This document shows, piece by piece, positions 1 to 10,445 of a stretch of 64,000 bases of DNA. The notes below the pieces were generated by a model. That model was given only the letters and a program-made list of their open reading frames with translations. It did not search any database and was not told where the DNA came from. Both the position numbers and the translations under genes were made by a program. The stretch's first letter is position 1. Each line of letters opens with the position of its first letter. This DNA is from an uncultured Saprospiraceae bacterium (lineage in GTDB: Bacteria > Bacteroidota > Bacteroidia > Chitinophagales > Saprospiraceae), in NCBI GenBank assembly GCA_964484205.1, contig CAZAEZ010000009.1, positions 24,035-88,034 of the forward strand. Reading direction: 5' to 3'.

Positions 1-480
1 TTGGAAAACTTTGCCGTATCCGTCGACGCGGTGGAACAGCTTACCGGCCTCGACTTTTTCCACCGCCTGCCCGACAGTCTGGAAGCGGCGCTGGAAGCAG
101 GCCTCGACAAAGCCGGCTGGCTGCCCGAGCTGGCCCTGGGCGACGTGGAGCCGATAGTGCAGCCCGGTTTGCCGCGCAACCACTTCAACACCGTGGTGGC
201 CGGGCGCTACGTGGGTTCGGGTGAAGAAATAACCGTTTGCGGCACCGTCGTCGGCAGCCGCTACAGCCGGTCGGGCAACCTGTGGCTCAACCTCGACAAG
301 CAGTACCCCAACCAATTGTTCTCGGTTTTTATCCGGAAAGCCGACCTGGCAAATTTCAGCGAAGACCCGAAAGCCGCATACGAAAACCGGCAGCTGTGTT
401 TTACCGGCAAAGTCGAAAATTTCAACGGCACGCCCACGATGAACATCGACCGGGAGGAGCAGGTAAATTTGTATAAATAG
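1..480 (+). CDS. DNA/RNA non-specific endonuclease-like protein, C-terminal fragment (5' end outside window)
   Basis: Frame is open from base 1 to TAG 478-480. 'VEQLTGLDFFHRLPD' resembles the conserved end of NucA-type Endonuclease_NS domains. The following 'TVCGTVVG...GNLWLNLD...FTGKVENFNGTPTM' looks like an OB-fold tail. By-eye similarity only. Confidence 0.5.
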   Translation: MENFAVSVDAVEQLTGLDFFHRLPDSLEAALEAGLDKAGWLPELALGDVEPIVQPGLPRNHFNTVVAGRYVGSGEEITVCGTVVGSRYSRSGNLWLNLDKQYPNQLFSVFIRKADLANFSEDPKAAYENRQLCFTGKVENFNGTPTMNIDREEQVNLYK

Positions 481-482
481 CC

Positions 483-1046
483 CTACAGCTCCAGCCGCAA
501 CACCGGCCGTGTTTCCGAACGCCGGGCCACTTCGTGAAAGCCCGCCTGCAGGAATGCCGCTGCAATGCCCGTCCAGGCAAACACAGCGGGCATATTTTCC
601 TGTTTGGGTTCGACCGGGTAGGCCTCCAGGATGCGGGCGCCGTGGCGCCGCGCAAAGTCGGCCGCTGCGGCAATCATCCTGCCGCTCATGCCTTGCCGGC
701 GGTATTTTTTTTCGATAAACAGGCAGCTGATACTCCAAACCGGCTGATCGTCGACGGGTTTAAGGATGCGGGAACGTTCGAGGCCCGGAAAATCGGGCCG
801 GGGCCCCACCGAACACCAGGCTGCCGGAGCGCCGTCCACGAAACCGATAATGCCCGGTTGAGCGCCGTTTTCGACCAGCGACCGCATGGCGTCGCGGTTG
901 CCGGCGCCCTTGCCGGCTTCGTATTGTTGGCGCGGCAATCGCCAAAGCATACACCAGCATCCGCCGCAGGCGCCATTGGGACCAAACAGGGTGCTGAACG
1001 CCGTCCAGGTGTCCGGGGTGAGTGGGAGCCATGAAAATGTAGCCAT
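483..1046 (-). CDS. GNAT-family N-acetyltransferase
   Basis: 187-aa ORF with ATG at 1046. 'CLFIEKKYRRQGMSGRMIAAAADFARRHGARILEAYP' fits the GNAT motif A (R/Q-x-x-G-x-G/A) acetyl-CoA-binding region. Confidence 0.75.
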   Translation of the reverse strand: MATFSWLPLTPDTWTAFSTLFGPNGACGGCWCMLWRLPRQQYEAGKGAGNRDAMRSLVENGAQPGIIGFVDGAPAAWCSVGPRPDFPGLERSRILKPVDDQPVWSISCLFIEKKYRRQGMSGRMIAAAADFARRHGARILEAYPVEPKQENMPAVFAWTGIAAAFLQAGFHEVARRSETRPVLRLEL

Positions 1047-1149
1047 ATCAAAATTCCAATTCTCGGTTACCTTTGGAGTGGTTTGGGCGACCTCAAACGC
1101 GCCTTTTCATCAAGACCGGTTTTTTCCCGGCGTACAAGTTTAGGAGTTT

Positions 1150-3552
1150 ATGCAGAGTTTTTCGGAGGTAAAAAAATTTGGCACTGCGCCAGTGTTTTTC
1201 ACGGCAATTTCCACCATTCTGGGGGCGGTTATGTTTTTGCGTTTTGGCTTTGCAGTGGGCAATGTCGGCTTTTTGGGTACACTGGCTATAATTCTTATCG
1301 GGCATATGGTGACCATACCGACCGCCATGGCAATTGCCGAGATTGCCACCAATCAAAAAGTGGAAGGCGGCGGGGAATACTACATCGTTTCGCGTTCTTT
1401 CGGTTTGGTCATCGGCTCCACGATCGGGATTGCGCTGTACCTCTCGCAGGCGATCAGCGTGGCATTTTACATTATTGCCTTTACGGAGGCATTCAGTGCC
1501 TTGTTTGCCTGGGTCATTCAAACGTACACGCTTCCGTCCTGGCTGATCTGGCTGCTCGAGCAAAAACAAACGATCGGAATTCCGGCCCTGCTCGGCCTTA
1601 CCTACATCATGCTCACCAAAGGCGCCGACCTTGGGGTGAAAACGCTGTACGTGGTTGTGGCCACGCTCGGAATTGCACTGGCCGCTTTTTTCCTGGGGCA
1701 AACCGATTATGCCCAAACCACCGATTTTGACCCCATGGCCACCGTAACGGACGCCGTTAAAATGGACGAGCCCCAACTCGCCGGATTGGTCGACACCACC
1801 GCCACGACCATACTCCCGACGGATACAATCCGCCCGGATGCTTACGACGGTCCCACCATCGGCCCGGCTGCGGCCACACCACCGGCTGAGCCGCCGGTCA
1901 ACCCGCTCATCCCGATCGGATTTTTCACCGTGTTTGCCATTATTTTTCCCGCGTTTACGGGCATGACGGCCGGTGTGGGGCTCTCGGGCGACCTCAAAGA
2001 TCCCGGTCGGTCCCTCCCGCTGGGCACCATGGCCGCCACCCTCACCGGGATGGTCATCTACGTGTTTATTGCATACCAACTGGCCGTATCCGCCAGCCCC
2101 GCAGACCTTGCCGACACCTCAAAACTGGTGATGGCCGATATTGCCTGGCAGGGCTGGTGGCTGATCCCGATCGGGTTGGCCGCAGCCACGATCTCGTCGG
2201 CCCTGGGCTCCATCATGGTGGCGCCGCGAACGCTGCAAGCCATTGCGCGCGACCAGATTTTTCCCACGCCTAAAATAAATGAGTGGTTGTCGGAGGGCAA
2301 AGGGGCCAGCGACGAGCCGTTCAACTCCACGTTGGTGACGGTGGCCATCGCCGGGGCATTTATTTTGATGGGCGCGCTGGACATGGTTGCGCAAGTCATT
2401 TCCATGTTTTTTATGGTGACCTACGGCTCGCTGTGTTTGATCTCTTTTCTCAACCATTTTGCTGCCGACCCTTCGTACCGTCCGCGGTTCAAATCGCACT
2501 GGGTGATCTCGCTGTTTGGCGCCCTGGCTTGTTTCGGCCTGATGTTTTTTATGGAAAGCAGCTATGCGCTGTTGTCCATTATTGCCATGCTCGGACTTTA
2601 TTTTGCCATTACGCAATGGAACAAGGACAAACGCAGCGTTGCACTGATCTTTCAGGGCGTTATTTTCCAGTTCAGCCGGCAGTTGCAGGTTTTTTTACAA
2701 AAAGCCGAAAAAGAGCAAACCCGGAGTTGGCGCCCTTCGGCGGTGGCCGTTTCGGAACATTCGTTTCAGCGACTGGGCGCATTTCATTTGTTGCGCTGGA
2801 TTGCGCACAAGTATGGTTTTGGGACCTACATCCACCAGATTCACGATTATTTGTCGCGCGAAACCAATCAGCGGGCTCGCGAATGCAAGGAGCGCCTGAT
2901 TGAAATGGCGGAGTCGAGCCACAGCAATATTTACATTGACACGATGATCACGCCGTCGTACACGGCCGGGATTTCGCAGGTGATCCAACTCCCCGGCATA
3001 GCCGGCACGGAAAACAACCTGTTGATTTTTGAATTTTCAAAAAACAACCCTGCCGAGCTGGATAACATTCTCGACAATTTCAAACTGATCAAGTCGGTTG
3101 ATTTTGACATCATCGTGCTGGGCACGTCAGAGCGCGGGTATGGCCTGAAGCAGGAAATCCATATCTGGATCACCGCTTCCAATTACCAGAATGCGACGTT
3201 GATGATCCTGCTGGCTTACATCATCATGGGGCACAAGGAGTGGCGCCATGCGCAAATCAAGATTTTCGCCGTTTATCCGGAAGACACCATCGAAGCGGAA
3301 CGCAACCGGCTGTTTTTACTCATCCAGGCCGGGCAGTTGCCGATATCCCCGAATAATGTCGAGTTTATTGTGCGCACGCACGATACGAACACGGATTCCA
3401 TCATTGTGCAAAAGAGCCGGGATGCCGATTTGACCCTGGTTGGTTTCCGGACGGAAGCCGTAGACCGGAACGGCAAGGTCGTTTTTGAGGGCTATGAGTC
3501 GATCGGCAATATGTTGTTTGTGAATACTGCCAGTCAGAAGGAAATCAAATAA
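1150..3552 (+). CDS. APC-superfamily permease, cation-chloride cotransporter (SLC12)-like with long soluble C-terminal domain
   Basis: 800-aa ORF. Many hydrophobic helices fill the first ~520 aa, followed by a ~280-aa soluble domain as in CCC-type transporters. No competing ORF. Confidence 0.7.
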   Translation: MQSFSEVKKFGTAPVFFTAISTILGAVMFLRFGFAVGNVGFLGTLAIILIGHMVTIPTAMAIAEIATNQKVEGGGEYYIVSRSFGLVIGSTIGIALYLSQAISVAFYIIAFTEAFSALFAWVIQTYTLPSWLIWLLEQKQTIGIPALLGLTYIMLTKGADLGVKTLYVVVATLGIALAAFFLGQTDYAQTTDFDPMATVTDAVKMDEPQLAGLVDTTATTILPTDTIRPDAYDGPTIGPAAATPPAEPPVNPLIPIGFFTVFAIIFPAFTGMTAGVGLSGDLKDPGRSLPLGTMAATLTGMVIYVFIAYQLAVSASPADLADTSKLVMADIAWQGWWLIPIGLAAATISSALGSIMVAPRTLQAIARDQIFPTPKINEWLSEGKGASDEPFNSTLVTVAIAGAFILMGALDMVAQVISMFFMVTYGSLCLISFLNHFAADPSYRPRFKSHWVISLFGALACFGLMFFMESSYALLSIIAMLGLYFAITQWNKDKRSVALIFQGVIFQFSRQLQVFLQKAEKEQTRSWRPSAVAVSEHSFQRLGAFHLLRWIAHKYGFGTYIHQIHDYLSRETNQRARECKERLIEMAESSHSNIYIDTMITPSYTAGISQVIQLPGIAGTENNLLIFEFSKNNPAELDNILDNFKLIKSVDFDIIVLGTSERGYGLKQEIHIWITASNYQNATLMILLAYIIMGHKEWRHAQIKIFAVYPEDTIEAERNRLFLLIQAGQLPISPNNVEFIVRTHDTNTDSIIVQKSRDADLTLVGFRTEAVDRNGKVVFEGYESIGNMLFVNTASQKEIK

Positions 3553-3578
3553 GTTGTAAGCACTTGAAAAACAACAGC

Positions 3579-4535
3579 ATGGAGAAAAAACGCAGAAAAG
3601 CGCCCAGCCTCCTGGGGCAGTTTCTGAATAGTTTGCTGCGCCTTTTTTTCAGCCTCCCCACTTTTTTGGCTAAAGTACTTTTTAGCGTTGCCGGTTGGGG
3701 GAAGCGCCAGTTGGATAAGCTGATCAGCCTGAAGCAGCGATCGTACCTGCGTCGGGTTATTTTTAAAAGTGATACTCCGGAGGGTAAAAAGTTTGACACT
3801 ATCCTGATCTTCCTGATTACTACCAGTGTAGTTGCCGTTATTCTGGAAACGATCTCCGATTTCCACCAATCTAACTGGTGGATTTTCTTTATCCTGGAAT
3901 GGCTGTTCACCCTGATTTTTACCGTCGAGTATATTTTGCGGCTGTACAGTGCCCGCCATCCGGTGCGTTATGCGACTTCCTTTTTCGGTATGGTGGATTT
4001 GCTGGCGATCCTGCCGACGTATATCAGTGTATTTTTCATGGGGACCCAGCACCTGCTTATTGTGCGGGCCCTGCGGCTGCTGCGTATTTTCCGGATATTC
4101 AAAATGGGGCACTTCGTCAGCGAAGGCGCCGTAGTGCTGAGTGCCTTGCAGGCCAGCCGGACCAAAATTTATGTTTTTGTTTCCTTTGTGGTTCTGATGG
4201 CGATCATCATTGGGTCGATCATGTACATGGTGGAGGCGCCGCACAATCCGGCGTTTTCCAACATACCGGCCGGGATATACTGGGCGATCGTCACCCTGAC
4301 AACCGTCGGATACGGGGACATTACGCCACTTACTACTTTGGGGAAATTTTTGGCGACCCTGGTGATGATCCTGGGCTATGGTGTCATCGCCGTTCCGACG
4401 GGCATCGTGACCGCCGAAATCAGCGGCCGGGTGATGAATCTGAAGGATGTGGTGTTTAAGGAATGCCCCAAGTGCCGGCAGCCGGAACACCACACCGGAG
4501 CCGCTTTTTGCCATCGTTGCGGCACAAAATTGTAA
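3579..4535 (+). CDS. 6TM voltage-gated-type K+ channel with C-terminal zinc-ribbon
   Basis: K+ selectivity filter 'TLTTVGYGDITP'. S4-like 'RALRLLRIFRIFK'. C-terminal 'CPKCRQ...CHRCG'. The ORF track opens at TTG 3564; the first ATG is at 3579. Confidence 0.85.
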   Translation: MEKKRRKAPSLLGQFLNSLLRLFFSLPTFLAKVLFSVAGWGKRQLDKLISLKQRSYLRRVIFKSDTPEGKKFDTILIFLITTSVVAVILETISDFHQSNWWIFFILEWLFTLIFTVEYILRLYSARHPVRYATSFFGMVDLLAILPTYISVFFMGTQHLLIVRALRLLRIFRIFKMGHFVSEGAVVLSALQASRTKIYVFVSFVVLMAIIIGSIMYMVEAPHNPAFSNIPAGIYWAIVTLTTVGYGDITPLTTLGKFLATLVMILGYGVIAVPTGIVTAEISGRVMNLKDVVFKECPKCRQPEHHTGAAFCHRCGTKL

Positions 4536-4810
4536 CCCGGCACCTTGTTTTGCGTATAAAACCCGTGTCCAAGTGTTAAAACTGGGCATTTTGCATATGG
4601 CGGGCATTCTACTTACTTGTTTTGTGGCATAGTTTTGGGTTGAAATTAAATTTCATAATCCTGCCCCCCTCCAGGTGAAACAATCATATCCGCTAATCAA
4701 AAACCGTTATTTCACGCTTCGCATAAATGATTGTTACCCTACACACGTTTTCCGGTAGTCGCTTTTTTTCAAATGCAGGACCTAACGCGTGCCTGCTTGT
4801 CTGCCGGGTT

Positions 4811-5593
4811 ATGAAACATTCCGTTCAACTGGTTTTTCTGTTGCTTTTTTGCCTTGCCGGCCGGCTTTGCGCCCAGGGTGGCGATGCCGTTTGCAACAGC
4901 ATCTTTACGGCCGATTACGGTTGGATGCAGGATCAAACCGGCCTGGAGCATGGCTTTTTGCTCAACGGAAAATTCGGGGTTGGCTTTTGCGAATACCTTG
5001 AAATATGTGGGAAGTATCCCCAAGCCACGCAGTTGCCCGGTCTGGATCCGGTGCTTTGTTTCAAAAAAACGTCCGCTGGTTTTCACGGCCTGCGCCTCTT
5101 GCTCGAGCCTGCCATTGCCCGCCTGAATTTTCACCACGAACTACCTTACCGGAATACCTGGATGGCCGGCGCCTATGCCGGTGTCGACTTCAACCCGTAC
5201 CTGGGTTTTCGCGGCTTTATTTTCAAAGCCATGAACGACGGCAAGATCAAACTGGATTTTGATAAATTATACCTCTACGGCGGTGAGTTTCGCCTGCGCC
5301 CGAATATTGGGAAAGGCCTGACGCCGAGCCTGATGCTTGGAGGCGGTTATTTGCGGGTAAACGACCGGTACATCCCGCGCGACGGCGAATCCCGGGTGGG
5401 CAACCAGTTTTTTGCCCAGGGCGGTTTTGGCCTTATGATTCCAATTACCGATTGTCTGCACCTTGTGGGCGGCGCCCGGGCTGTTTTATCTTCAAATTCA
5501 AGTGCCGCTCAAAACCGCAGTGCGGTTCGCGCCAGTTGCATGTATAATTTCGGTATTAAACTGGCTATTGGGAGACGGGTGCATTATCCCTGA
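4811..5593 (+). CDS. hypothetical secreted / outer-membrane beta-barrel-like protein
   Basis: Internal ATG 4811 gives the signal peptide 'MKHSVQLVFLLLFCLAGRLCAQ'. The rest is G/aromatic-rich with alternating strands. No family recognised. Confidence 0.5.
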   Translation: MKHSVQLVFLLLFCLAGRLCAQGGDAVCNSIFTADYGWMQDQTGLEHGFLLNGKFGVGFCEYLEICGKYPQATQLPGLDPVLCFKKTSAGFHGLRLLLEPAIARLNFHHELPYRNTWMAGAYAGVDFNPYLGFRGFIFKAMNDGKIKLDFDKLYLYGGEFRLRPNIGKGLTPSLMLGGGYLRVNDRYIPRDGESRVGNQFFAQGGFGLMIPITDCLHLVGGARAVLSSNSSAAQNRSAVRASCMYNFGIKLAIGRRVHYP

Positions 5594-5620
5594 TTTTTTT
5601 AACTGGGGGTTGTTTAAATT

Positions 5621-5667
5621 AACAAGAGTCATCCCTAATTTTTTGGGGTGACTCTTGTTTTAATTTA
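5621..5667 (+). terminator. rho-independent terminator candidate after the 4811-5593 gene
   Basis: Stem aacaagagtca (5621-5631) pairs with tgactcttgtt (5649-5659) and is followed by ttttaattt. Confidence 0.6.
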
Positions 5668-5725
5668 ACGCATTGCTAAACACAAGCTGTAGGCCGGCCT
5701 TATCAGTTATTTGCAACTTTCCACG

Positions 5726-5767
5726 AAATAAAAATCCCGAATTTTTCAGTATTGAAAAATTCGGGAT
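5726..5767 (-). terminator. rho-independent terminator candidate of dnaK
   Basis: 13-bp stem atcccgaattttt / aaaaattcgggat (5734-5767), just downstream of the dnaK stop. On the minus strand it is followed by TTTTATTT. Confidence 0.65.
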
Positions 5768-5801
5768 GATTCATGTTTCAGGTCCGAACCGGAGGTTCGG
5801 G

Positions 5802-7718
5802 TTACTGTTTGACTTCTTCAAACTCTACATCTTGCGCATCACCGGCGCCGGCGCCGCCACCGTCAGGGCCTGCGGAGGCGCCGTCGGATGTGTTGCCGCT
5901 GTCGTTGCCGGCCGACTGCGTAGCCTGGTAAATTTCCTGGCTGGCAGCATTCCAGGCCTCGGTGAGCGTCTGGGTGGCTGTGTCGATCCGGTTGAGGTCT
6001 TCGGCCTTGTGCGCTTCACGCAGGTCGCCGAGGGCTTTCTCAATCGTTTCTTTATGGTTGGCCGGCACTTTGTCGCCAAACTCCTTGAGTTGTTTTTCCG
6101 TCTGGAAAATCAGCGTATCGGCCTGGTTGAGTTTTTCCACGCGTTCGCGGGTCTGCCGGTCGGCGTCGGCATTGGCTTCCGCTTCGGCCTTCATACGGGC
6201 AATCTCTTCTTTGGAGAGGCCGGTGCTGGCTTCAATGCGGATGTTTTGCTGTTTGCCGGTGCCTTTGTCGAGTGCGGTGACCGAGAGGATACCGTTGGCA
6301 TCGATGTCGAACGTGACTTCGACCTGCGGTACGCCACGCGGCGCCGGGGGAATACCGTCGAGAATGAAGCGGCCTACCGAGCGGTTGTCGCGCGCCATCG
6401 GGCGCTCACCCTGCAGCACGTGGATTTCCACCTGCGGCTGATTGTCGGACGCCGTCGAGTAGGTTTTCATCTTTTTCGTCGGCACGGTGGTGTTGGCTTC
6501 AATCACCACGTCGTACACGCCGCCCATGGTTTCGATACCCAGCGACAACGGCGTCACGTCGAGCAGGAGCACATCGGTCACAGAACCGCTCAACACACCG
6601 CCCTGAATGGCGGCGCCTACGGCTACCACCTCGTCGGGGTTCACCGTTTTGTTCGGTTTTTTACCGAAGAACTGCTCCACAGATTCCTGAATGCGCGGGA
6701 TACGCGTGGAACCACCCACAAGGATTACCTCGTCGATATCGCTGGCCTTGAGACCGGCATCTTTGAGCGCCATGCGGCAGGGTTCCAGTGTGCGCTGCAC
6801 CAGGCTGTCGACCATTTTTTCAAAAGCGGCCCGGCTGAGTTTTTTTACCAGGTGCTTGGGCACACCGTCGACGGCGGTGATGTACGGCAGGTTGATCTCC
6901 GTTTCCTGGCCGCTGGACAGTTCAATTTTGGCTTTTTCAGCGGCTTCCTTCAGGCGTTGCAAGGCCATCGGGTCTTTACGCAGGTCTACGTTTTCTTCTT
7001 TTTTGAACTCCGAAGCGAGCCATTCGATCACCACGTGGTCAAAGTCGTCGCCACCGAGGTGGGTATCGCCGTTGGTGGATTTCACCTCAAACACACCGCC
7101 ACCCAGTTCGAGGATGGAGATATCGAAGGTACCGCCACCAAGGTCGTACACGGCGATGGTCATGTCCTTGTCGCGCTTGTCGAGGCCATAGGCAAGGGCA
7201 GCCGCGGTGGGTTCGTTCACGATGCGCTTCACATCGAGGCCGGCAATGGCGCCTGCTTCTTTGGTGGCCTGGCGCTGCGAGTCGTTGAAGTAGGCCGGTA
7301 CCGTGATCACCGCTTCGGTGACCGGTTCGCCCAGGTAGTCTTCCGCAACTTTTTTCATTTTTTGCAGCACCATGGCAGAGATTTCCTGCGGCGTGTAATT
7401 GCGCCCGTCAATCTCGACACGGCAGGTATCGTTTTCGCCTTTAACAACTTTATACGGCACCCGGTCCACTTCGCTTGTGGATTCGCTGAAGCGCATGCCC
7501 ATAAAACGTTTGATGGACGAAACGGTGCGTTTCGGGTTGGTAATAGCCTGGCGTTTGGCGGGTGCGCCGATTTTGCGCTCGCCATTGTCCAAAAAGCCGA
7601 TCACCGATGGCGTCGTGCGGGCGCCTTCGTCGTTGGCAATCACAACGGGTTCGTTACCGACCATTGCGGCCACGCAGGAGTTTGTAGTTCCTAAGTCTAT
7701 TCCTATTATTTTTCCCAT
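5802..7718 (-). CDS. dnaK: molecular chaperone DnaK (Hsp70)
   Basis: '[17 protein letters not shown]', 'DLGGGTFD' and '[14 protein letters not shown]' are Hsp70 signatures. I take the start at the internal ATG (7718) that gives the canonical [11 protein letters not shown]-terminus. Confidence 0.98.
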   Translation of the reverse strand: MGKIIGIDLGTTNSCVAAMVGNEPVVIANDEGARTTPSVIGFLDNGERKIGAPAKRQAITNPKRTVSSIKRFMGMRFSESTSEVDRVPYKVVKGENDTCRVEIDGRNYTPQEISAMVLQKMKKVAEDYLGEPVTEAVITVPAYFNDSQRQATKEAGAIAGLDVKRIVNEPTAAALAYGLDKRDKDMTIAVYDLGGGTFDISILELGGGVFEVKSTNGDTHLGGDDFDHVVIEWLASEFKKEENVDLRKDPMALQRLKEAAEKAKIELSSGQETEINLPYITAVDGVPKHLVKKLSRAAFEKMVDSLVQRTLEPCRMALKDAGLKASDIDEVILVGGSTRIPRIQESVEQFFGKKPNKTVNPDEVVAVGAAIQGGVLSGSVTDVLLLDVTPLSLGIETMGGVYDVVIEANTTVPTKKMKTYSTASDNQPQVEIHVLQGERPMARDNRSVGRFILDGIPPAPRGVPQVEVTFDIDANGILSVTALDKGTGKQQNIRIEASTGLSKEEIARMKAEAEANADADRQTRERVEKLNQADTLIFQTEKQLKEFGDKVPANHKETIEKALGDLREAHKAEDLNRIDTATQTLTEAWNAASQEIYQATQSAGNDSGNTSDGASAGPDGGGAGAGDAQDVEFEEVKQ

Positions 7719-8135
7719 AATCTTTAAAAGTTGGTTTGTGGGTTGTGGGTTACTGGTTACTGGTTGGATGGTTAGCACGTTTGGGAATGTGCATTCAGCC
7801 CATAAATAACAATGAATGTGCCATGCGGGGAAAACCTGACGGTTTGACAGGTTTAGGTTGGCAGCGTGTGTTTTTTTGGCAGAAAATATAGGTTAACGGT
7901 GACAGAGGGACACCTGCGGCCGGTAGTGTCGTTGATTTTCCCGGTTTCGCATGGAGACAAACAGGTCACGGCGCTTTGTGTTTTTTTTCAAAACATAATT
8001 CCAAAATTTAGTGAAAATGCTCAGCCGGGTGAAACAGAATTTTCCACGGAGCCTTTAATTATTCGAAAAATAATTTTTTAGGAAACTACCGGAAGCGGAT
8101 TAAAAAAATTTTAAAATCTGATAAAAATTATCAAA

Positions 8136-8143
8136 TACATTTG
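8136..8143 (+). promoter_or_regulatory. candidate Bacteroidota -7 promoter element (TAnnTTTG)
   Basis: tacatttg lies inside an AT-rich tract, about 177 nt upstream of the 8320 start. Motif match only. Confidence 0.2.
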
Positions 8144-8319
8144 TCACCGCGCGTAAGCCTGGCATCCTCTTAACAGGCCCGCATTTTTCAAGTTTACCGG
8201 TAGCATTGAAAACAATCGCATAGCCAAAAGCGCAACAGGCTATACGGGTAAATGCTATACGCCTAATCGAAATTTCTCAACCAATTTACTTACTGTTTTT
8301 AACCAAAATCACTCTTTTC

Positions 8320-10275
8320 ATGCTGCGATCTCTATTGCTAGTACCCGCCGTAGGCCTGCTTTTGTCGGGCAGTCTTTTTTCCCAACAACGCACTTGCGCC
8401 GCTCAGGAAATGCTACTCCAGCAACTGAAAGAAAACCCGGAACTCCAGCAAACACGCGATGCCATCGAACAACACACCAAACAATTCATCAGCAAGGGCG
8501 GCGCGACCGACCGCACGGTGGTTACCATCCCGGTGGTGGTACACGTTGTTTGGAACACCACGGCTGAAAACATCAGCGACGCGCGCATCCTGGCCCAACT
8601 CCAGGTGCTCAACGACGACTTCCGCCGCCTGAATGCCGATGCCGGCAACACGCCTTCAGGCTTTCAGGGTGTGGCTGCCGACTGCGAGGTTGAATTTTGC
8701 CTGGCCCAACGCGACCCCAGCGGCAATGCGACGACGGGCATCGTGCGCCGGCAAACCACGGTCACCTCTTTCGGTACCAGCGGCAACCCGGTTAAATTTA
8801 ACAGCTCCGGCGGCAGTAATGCCTGGCCCCGCGACCAGTACCTCAACCTCTGGGTTTGCGACCTGAGCAGCGGCCTGCTGGGCTACGCTCAATTCCCGGG
8901 CGGCGGCGCCAGCACCGACGGTGTGGTATGCGATTACCTCTACTTCGGCACAACGTCTACCGGCGCCCAACCGCCCTTCGATAAAGGCCGCACGGCCACC
9001 CACGAAGTCGGGCACTGGCTCAACTGCTACCACATCTGGGGCGACGACGGCTCCTCCTGCTCCGGCACCGACCAGGTATCCGACACCCCCAACCAGGCCG
9101 ATGAAAATTACGGCTGCCCGAGCTTCCCAACGGTCAGCTGCAGCAACGGGCCCAACGGCGACATGTTTATGAACTACATGGACTACACCGACGATGCCTG
9201 TATGAATATGTTCACCGCCGGGCAAAAAGGCCGCATGCAGGCCCTTTTCGGCGCCGGTGGCTTCCGGGCGCCACTGCTTTCCTCCCTGGGCTGTGTACCG
9301 CCCGGCGGCGGTGGCGGTTGCGGCACGCCGGGCAGCCTGGCAGCAAGCAGCATCACTCAAACAAGCGCCACAGTTAGCTGGGGCTCAGTTAGCGGAGCAT
9401 CCAACTACAACCTCCAGTACAAAGTGTCCACCTCGTCTACCTGGACCACCGTTTCGGGCATTGGCGGCACCTCGTACAACCTCACGGGCCTGAGCGCCGG
9501 CACCACCTACAACTACCAGGTGCAGGCGAATTGCAGCGGCACTACCGGCTCCTACTCCGGTGCGGCTTCGTTTACCACTAGTAGCGGCGGCGGCGGTTGC
9601 AGTGACACGTACGAGTCAAACAACAGCCGTAATCAGGCAAAAACGATCCCGGTCAACCAGGCCATTCAGGCGCTGATCGGTACGTCCAGCGACAACGACT
9701 ACTTCAAGTTCAACGTCACATCCAGCGCCCGGAACATCCGGATCGATCTGACCAACCTGCCTTACGATTATGACCTGCGCTTCTACCGCAACAGCAGCCA
9801 GGTGGCTATTTCACAAAATGCAGGCACTACGCCCGAACTGATCATTTACAACAACGCCAGCACGTCATACACGTACTACCCGCGGGTGTACGGCTACAAC
9901 GGCGCATTCAGCAGTTCGCAGTGCTATACCCTGCAGGTCAGTGTCAGCAGCAGTGCATGGCGGACCGACGGCAGCACCGACGGCCAGGTAACCACCCTGG
10001 AAGTACCGGTTGACCTGGAAGTGGACGGATTTGCCATGTGGCCCAACCCGGCGATGGAACAACTCACCGTGGATGTGCCGCTGGAGCGCGACAGCGACGT
10101 ACAGTTGACCATTTTCGACGCCGCAGGCAAAGCTGCCGTGCAGCAAAACCGGAGCATGGTGAAAGGTGAAAACCGCTTCGAACTCAGCTTGCAAACGCTG
10201 CACAACGGGGTGTACTTCGTACAAGTACGCAACGGCGACCAGACGCATACGCGGAAACTGGTGGTTCAGAAATAG
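8320..10275 (+). CDS. secreted M43 (pappalysin/cytophagalysin-like) zinc metalloprotease with FN3-like and PPC-like domains and a T9SS C-terminal sorting domain
   Basis: Signal peptide. '[16 protein letters not shown]' fits HExxHxxxxxH. '[20 protein letters not shown]...YNYQVQANC' is FN3-like. The C-terminus '[13 protein letters not shown]...[22 protein letters not shown]' is typical of Por_Secre_tail. Confidence 0.85.
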   Translation: MLRSLLLVPAVGLLLSGSLFSQQRTCAAQEMLLQQLKENPELQQTRDAIEQHTKQFISKGGATDRTVVTIPVVVHVVWNTTAENISDARILAQLQVLNDDFRRLNADAGNTPSGFQGVAADCEVEFCLAQRDPSGNATTGIVRRQTTVTSFGTSGNPVKFNSSGGSNAWPRDQYLNLWVCDLSSGLLGYAQFPGGGASTDGVVCDYLYFGTTSTGAQPPFDKGRTATHEVGHWLNCYHIWGDDGSSCSGTDQVSDTPNQADENYGCPSFPTVSCSNGPNGDMFMNYMDYTDDACMNMFTAGQKGRMQALFGAGGFRAPLLSSLGCVPPGGGGGCGTPGSLAASSITQTSATVSWGSVSGASNYNLQYKVSTSSTWTTVSGIGGTSYNLTGLSAGTTYNYQVQANCSGTTGSYSGAASFTTSSGGGGCSDTYESNNSRNQAKTIPVNQAIQALIGTSSDNDYFKFNVTSSARNIRIDLTNLPYDYDLRFYRNSSQVAISQNAGTTPELIIYNNASTSYTYYPRVYGYNGAFSSSQCYTLQVSVSSSAWRTDGSTDGQVTTLEVPVDLEVDGFAMWPNPAMEQLTVDVPLERDSDVQLTIFDAAGKAAVQQNRSMVKGENRFELSLQTLHNGVYFVQVRNGDQTHTRKLVVQK

Positions 10276-10282
10276 GACATTG

Positions 10283-10436
10283 CACCACGGAGGCATGGAG
10301 TACACGGAGATTTCCCTTTTCAACAGGTGAATCTCCGTGTAATCCGTGCCTCCGTAGTGTTTGGCAGACCGGGCGGGCACTCGTCCTACGGCTCAAAGCC
10401 GTAGGACGAGTAAAACGCCTCCGTGCCTCCGTGGTG
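10283..10436. repeat. family A palindromic intergenic element (caccacggaggcacggag ... ctccgtgcctccgtggtg), copy 1
   Basis: Outer inverted repeat at 10283-10300 / 10419-10436. It encloses two inner hairpins, including ctcgtcctacggc/gccgtaggacgag. It lies between convergent stop codons (10275 and 10446). Confidence 0.9.
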
Positions 10437-10445
10437 TTTAAAAAA

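Noticed and set aside
5673-7694. Very long antisense ORFs. Examples: 5673-7694 opposite dnaK, 13855-14934, 15627-16352, 22028-22996, 23234-24943, 36267-37430, 39417-40913, 43772-44650, 47069-48355, 52138-53037, 56600-57703, 59471-60826 and 60857-61975.
   Set aside because: Each lies opposite a gene with clear family motifs. Their translations are low-complexity and rich in R/G/A/V/H, as expected for shadow frames in GC-rich DNA. None carries a recognisable motif.
7745-7775. Shared ggttactggtt motif and C/A-rich leaders in front of dnaK (7719-7790, minus) and clpS (41414-41514), as a possible common proteostasis regulatory element.
   Set aside because: An 11-12-nt match between two sites in a 64-kb window on both strands is expected many times by chance (on the order of 10^2 for 12-mers). 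G-poor leaders are general in Bacteroidota. The clpS copy belongs to a local palindrome.
7866-8081. 71-aa ORF in the dnaK / M43 protease intergenic region.
   Set aside because: It has no motif, an odd composition and lies in an AT-rich promoter-like region. It is probably not coding.
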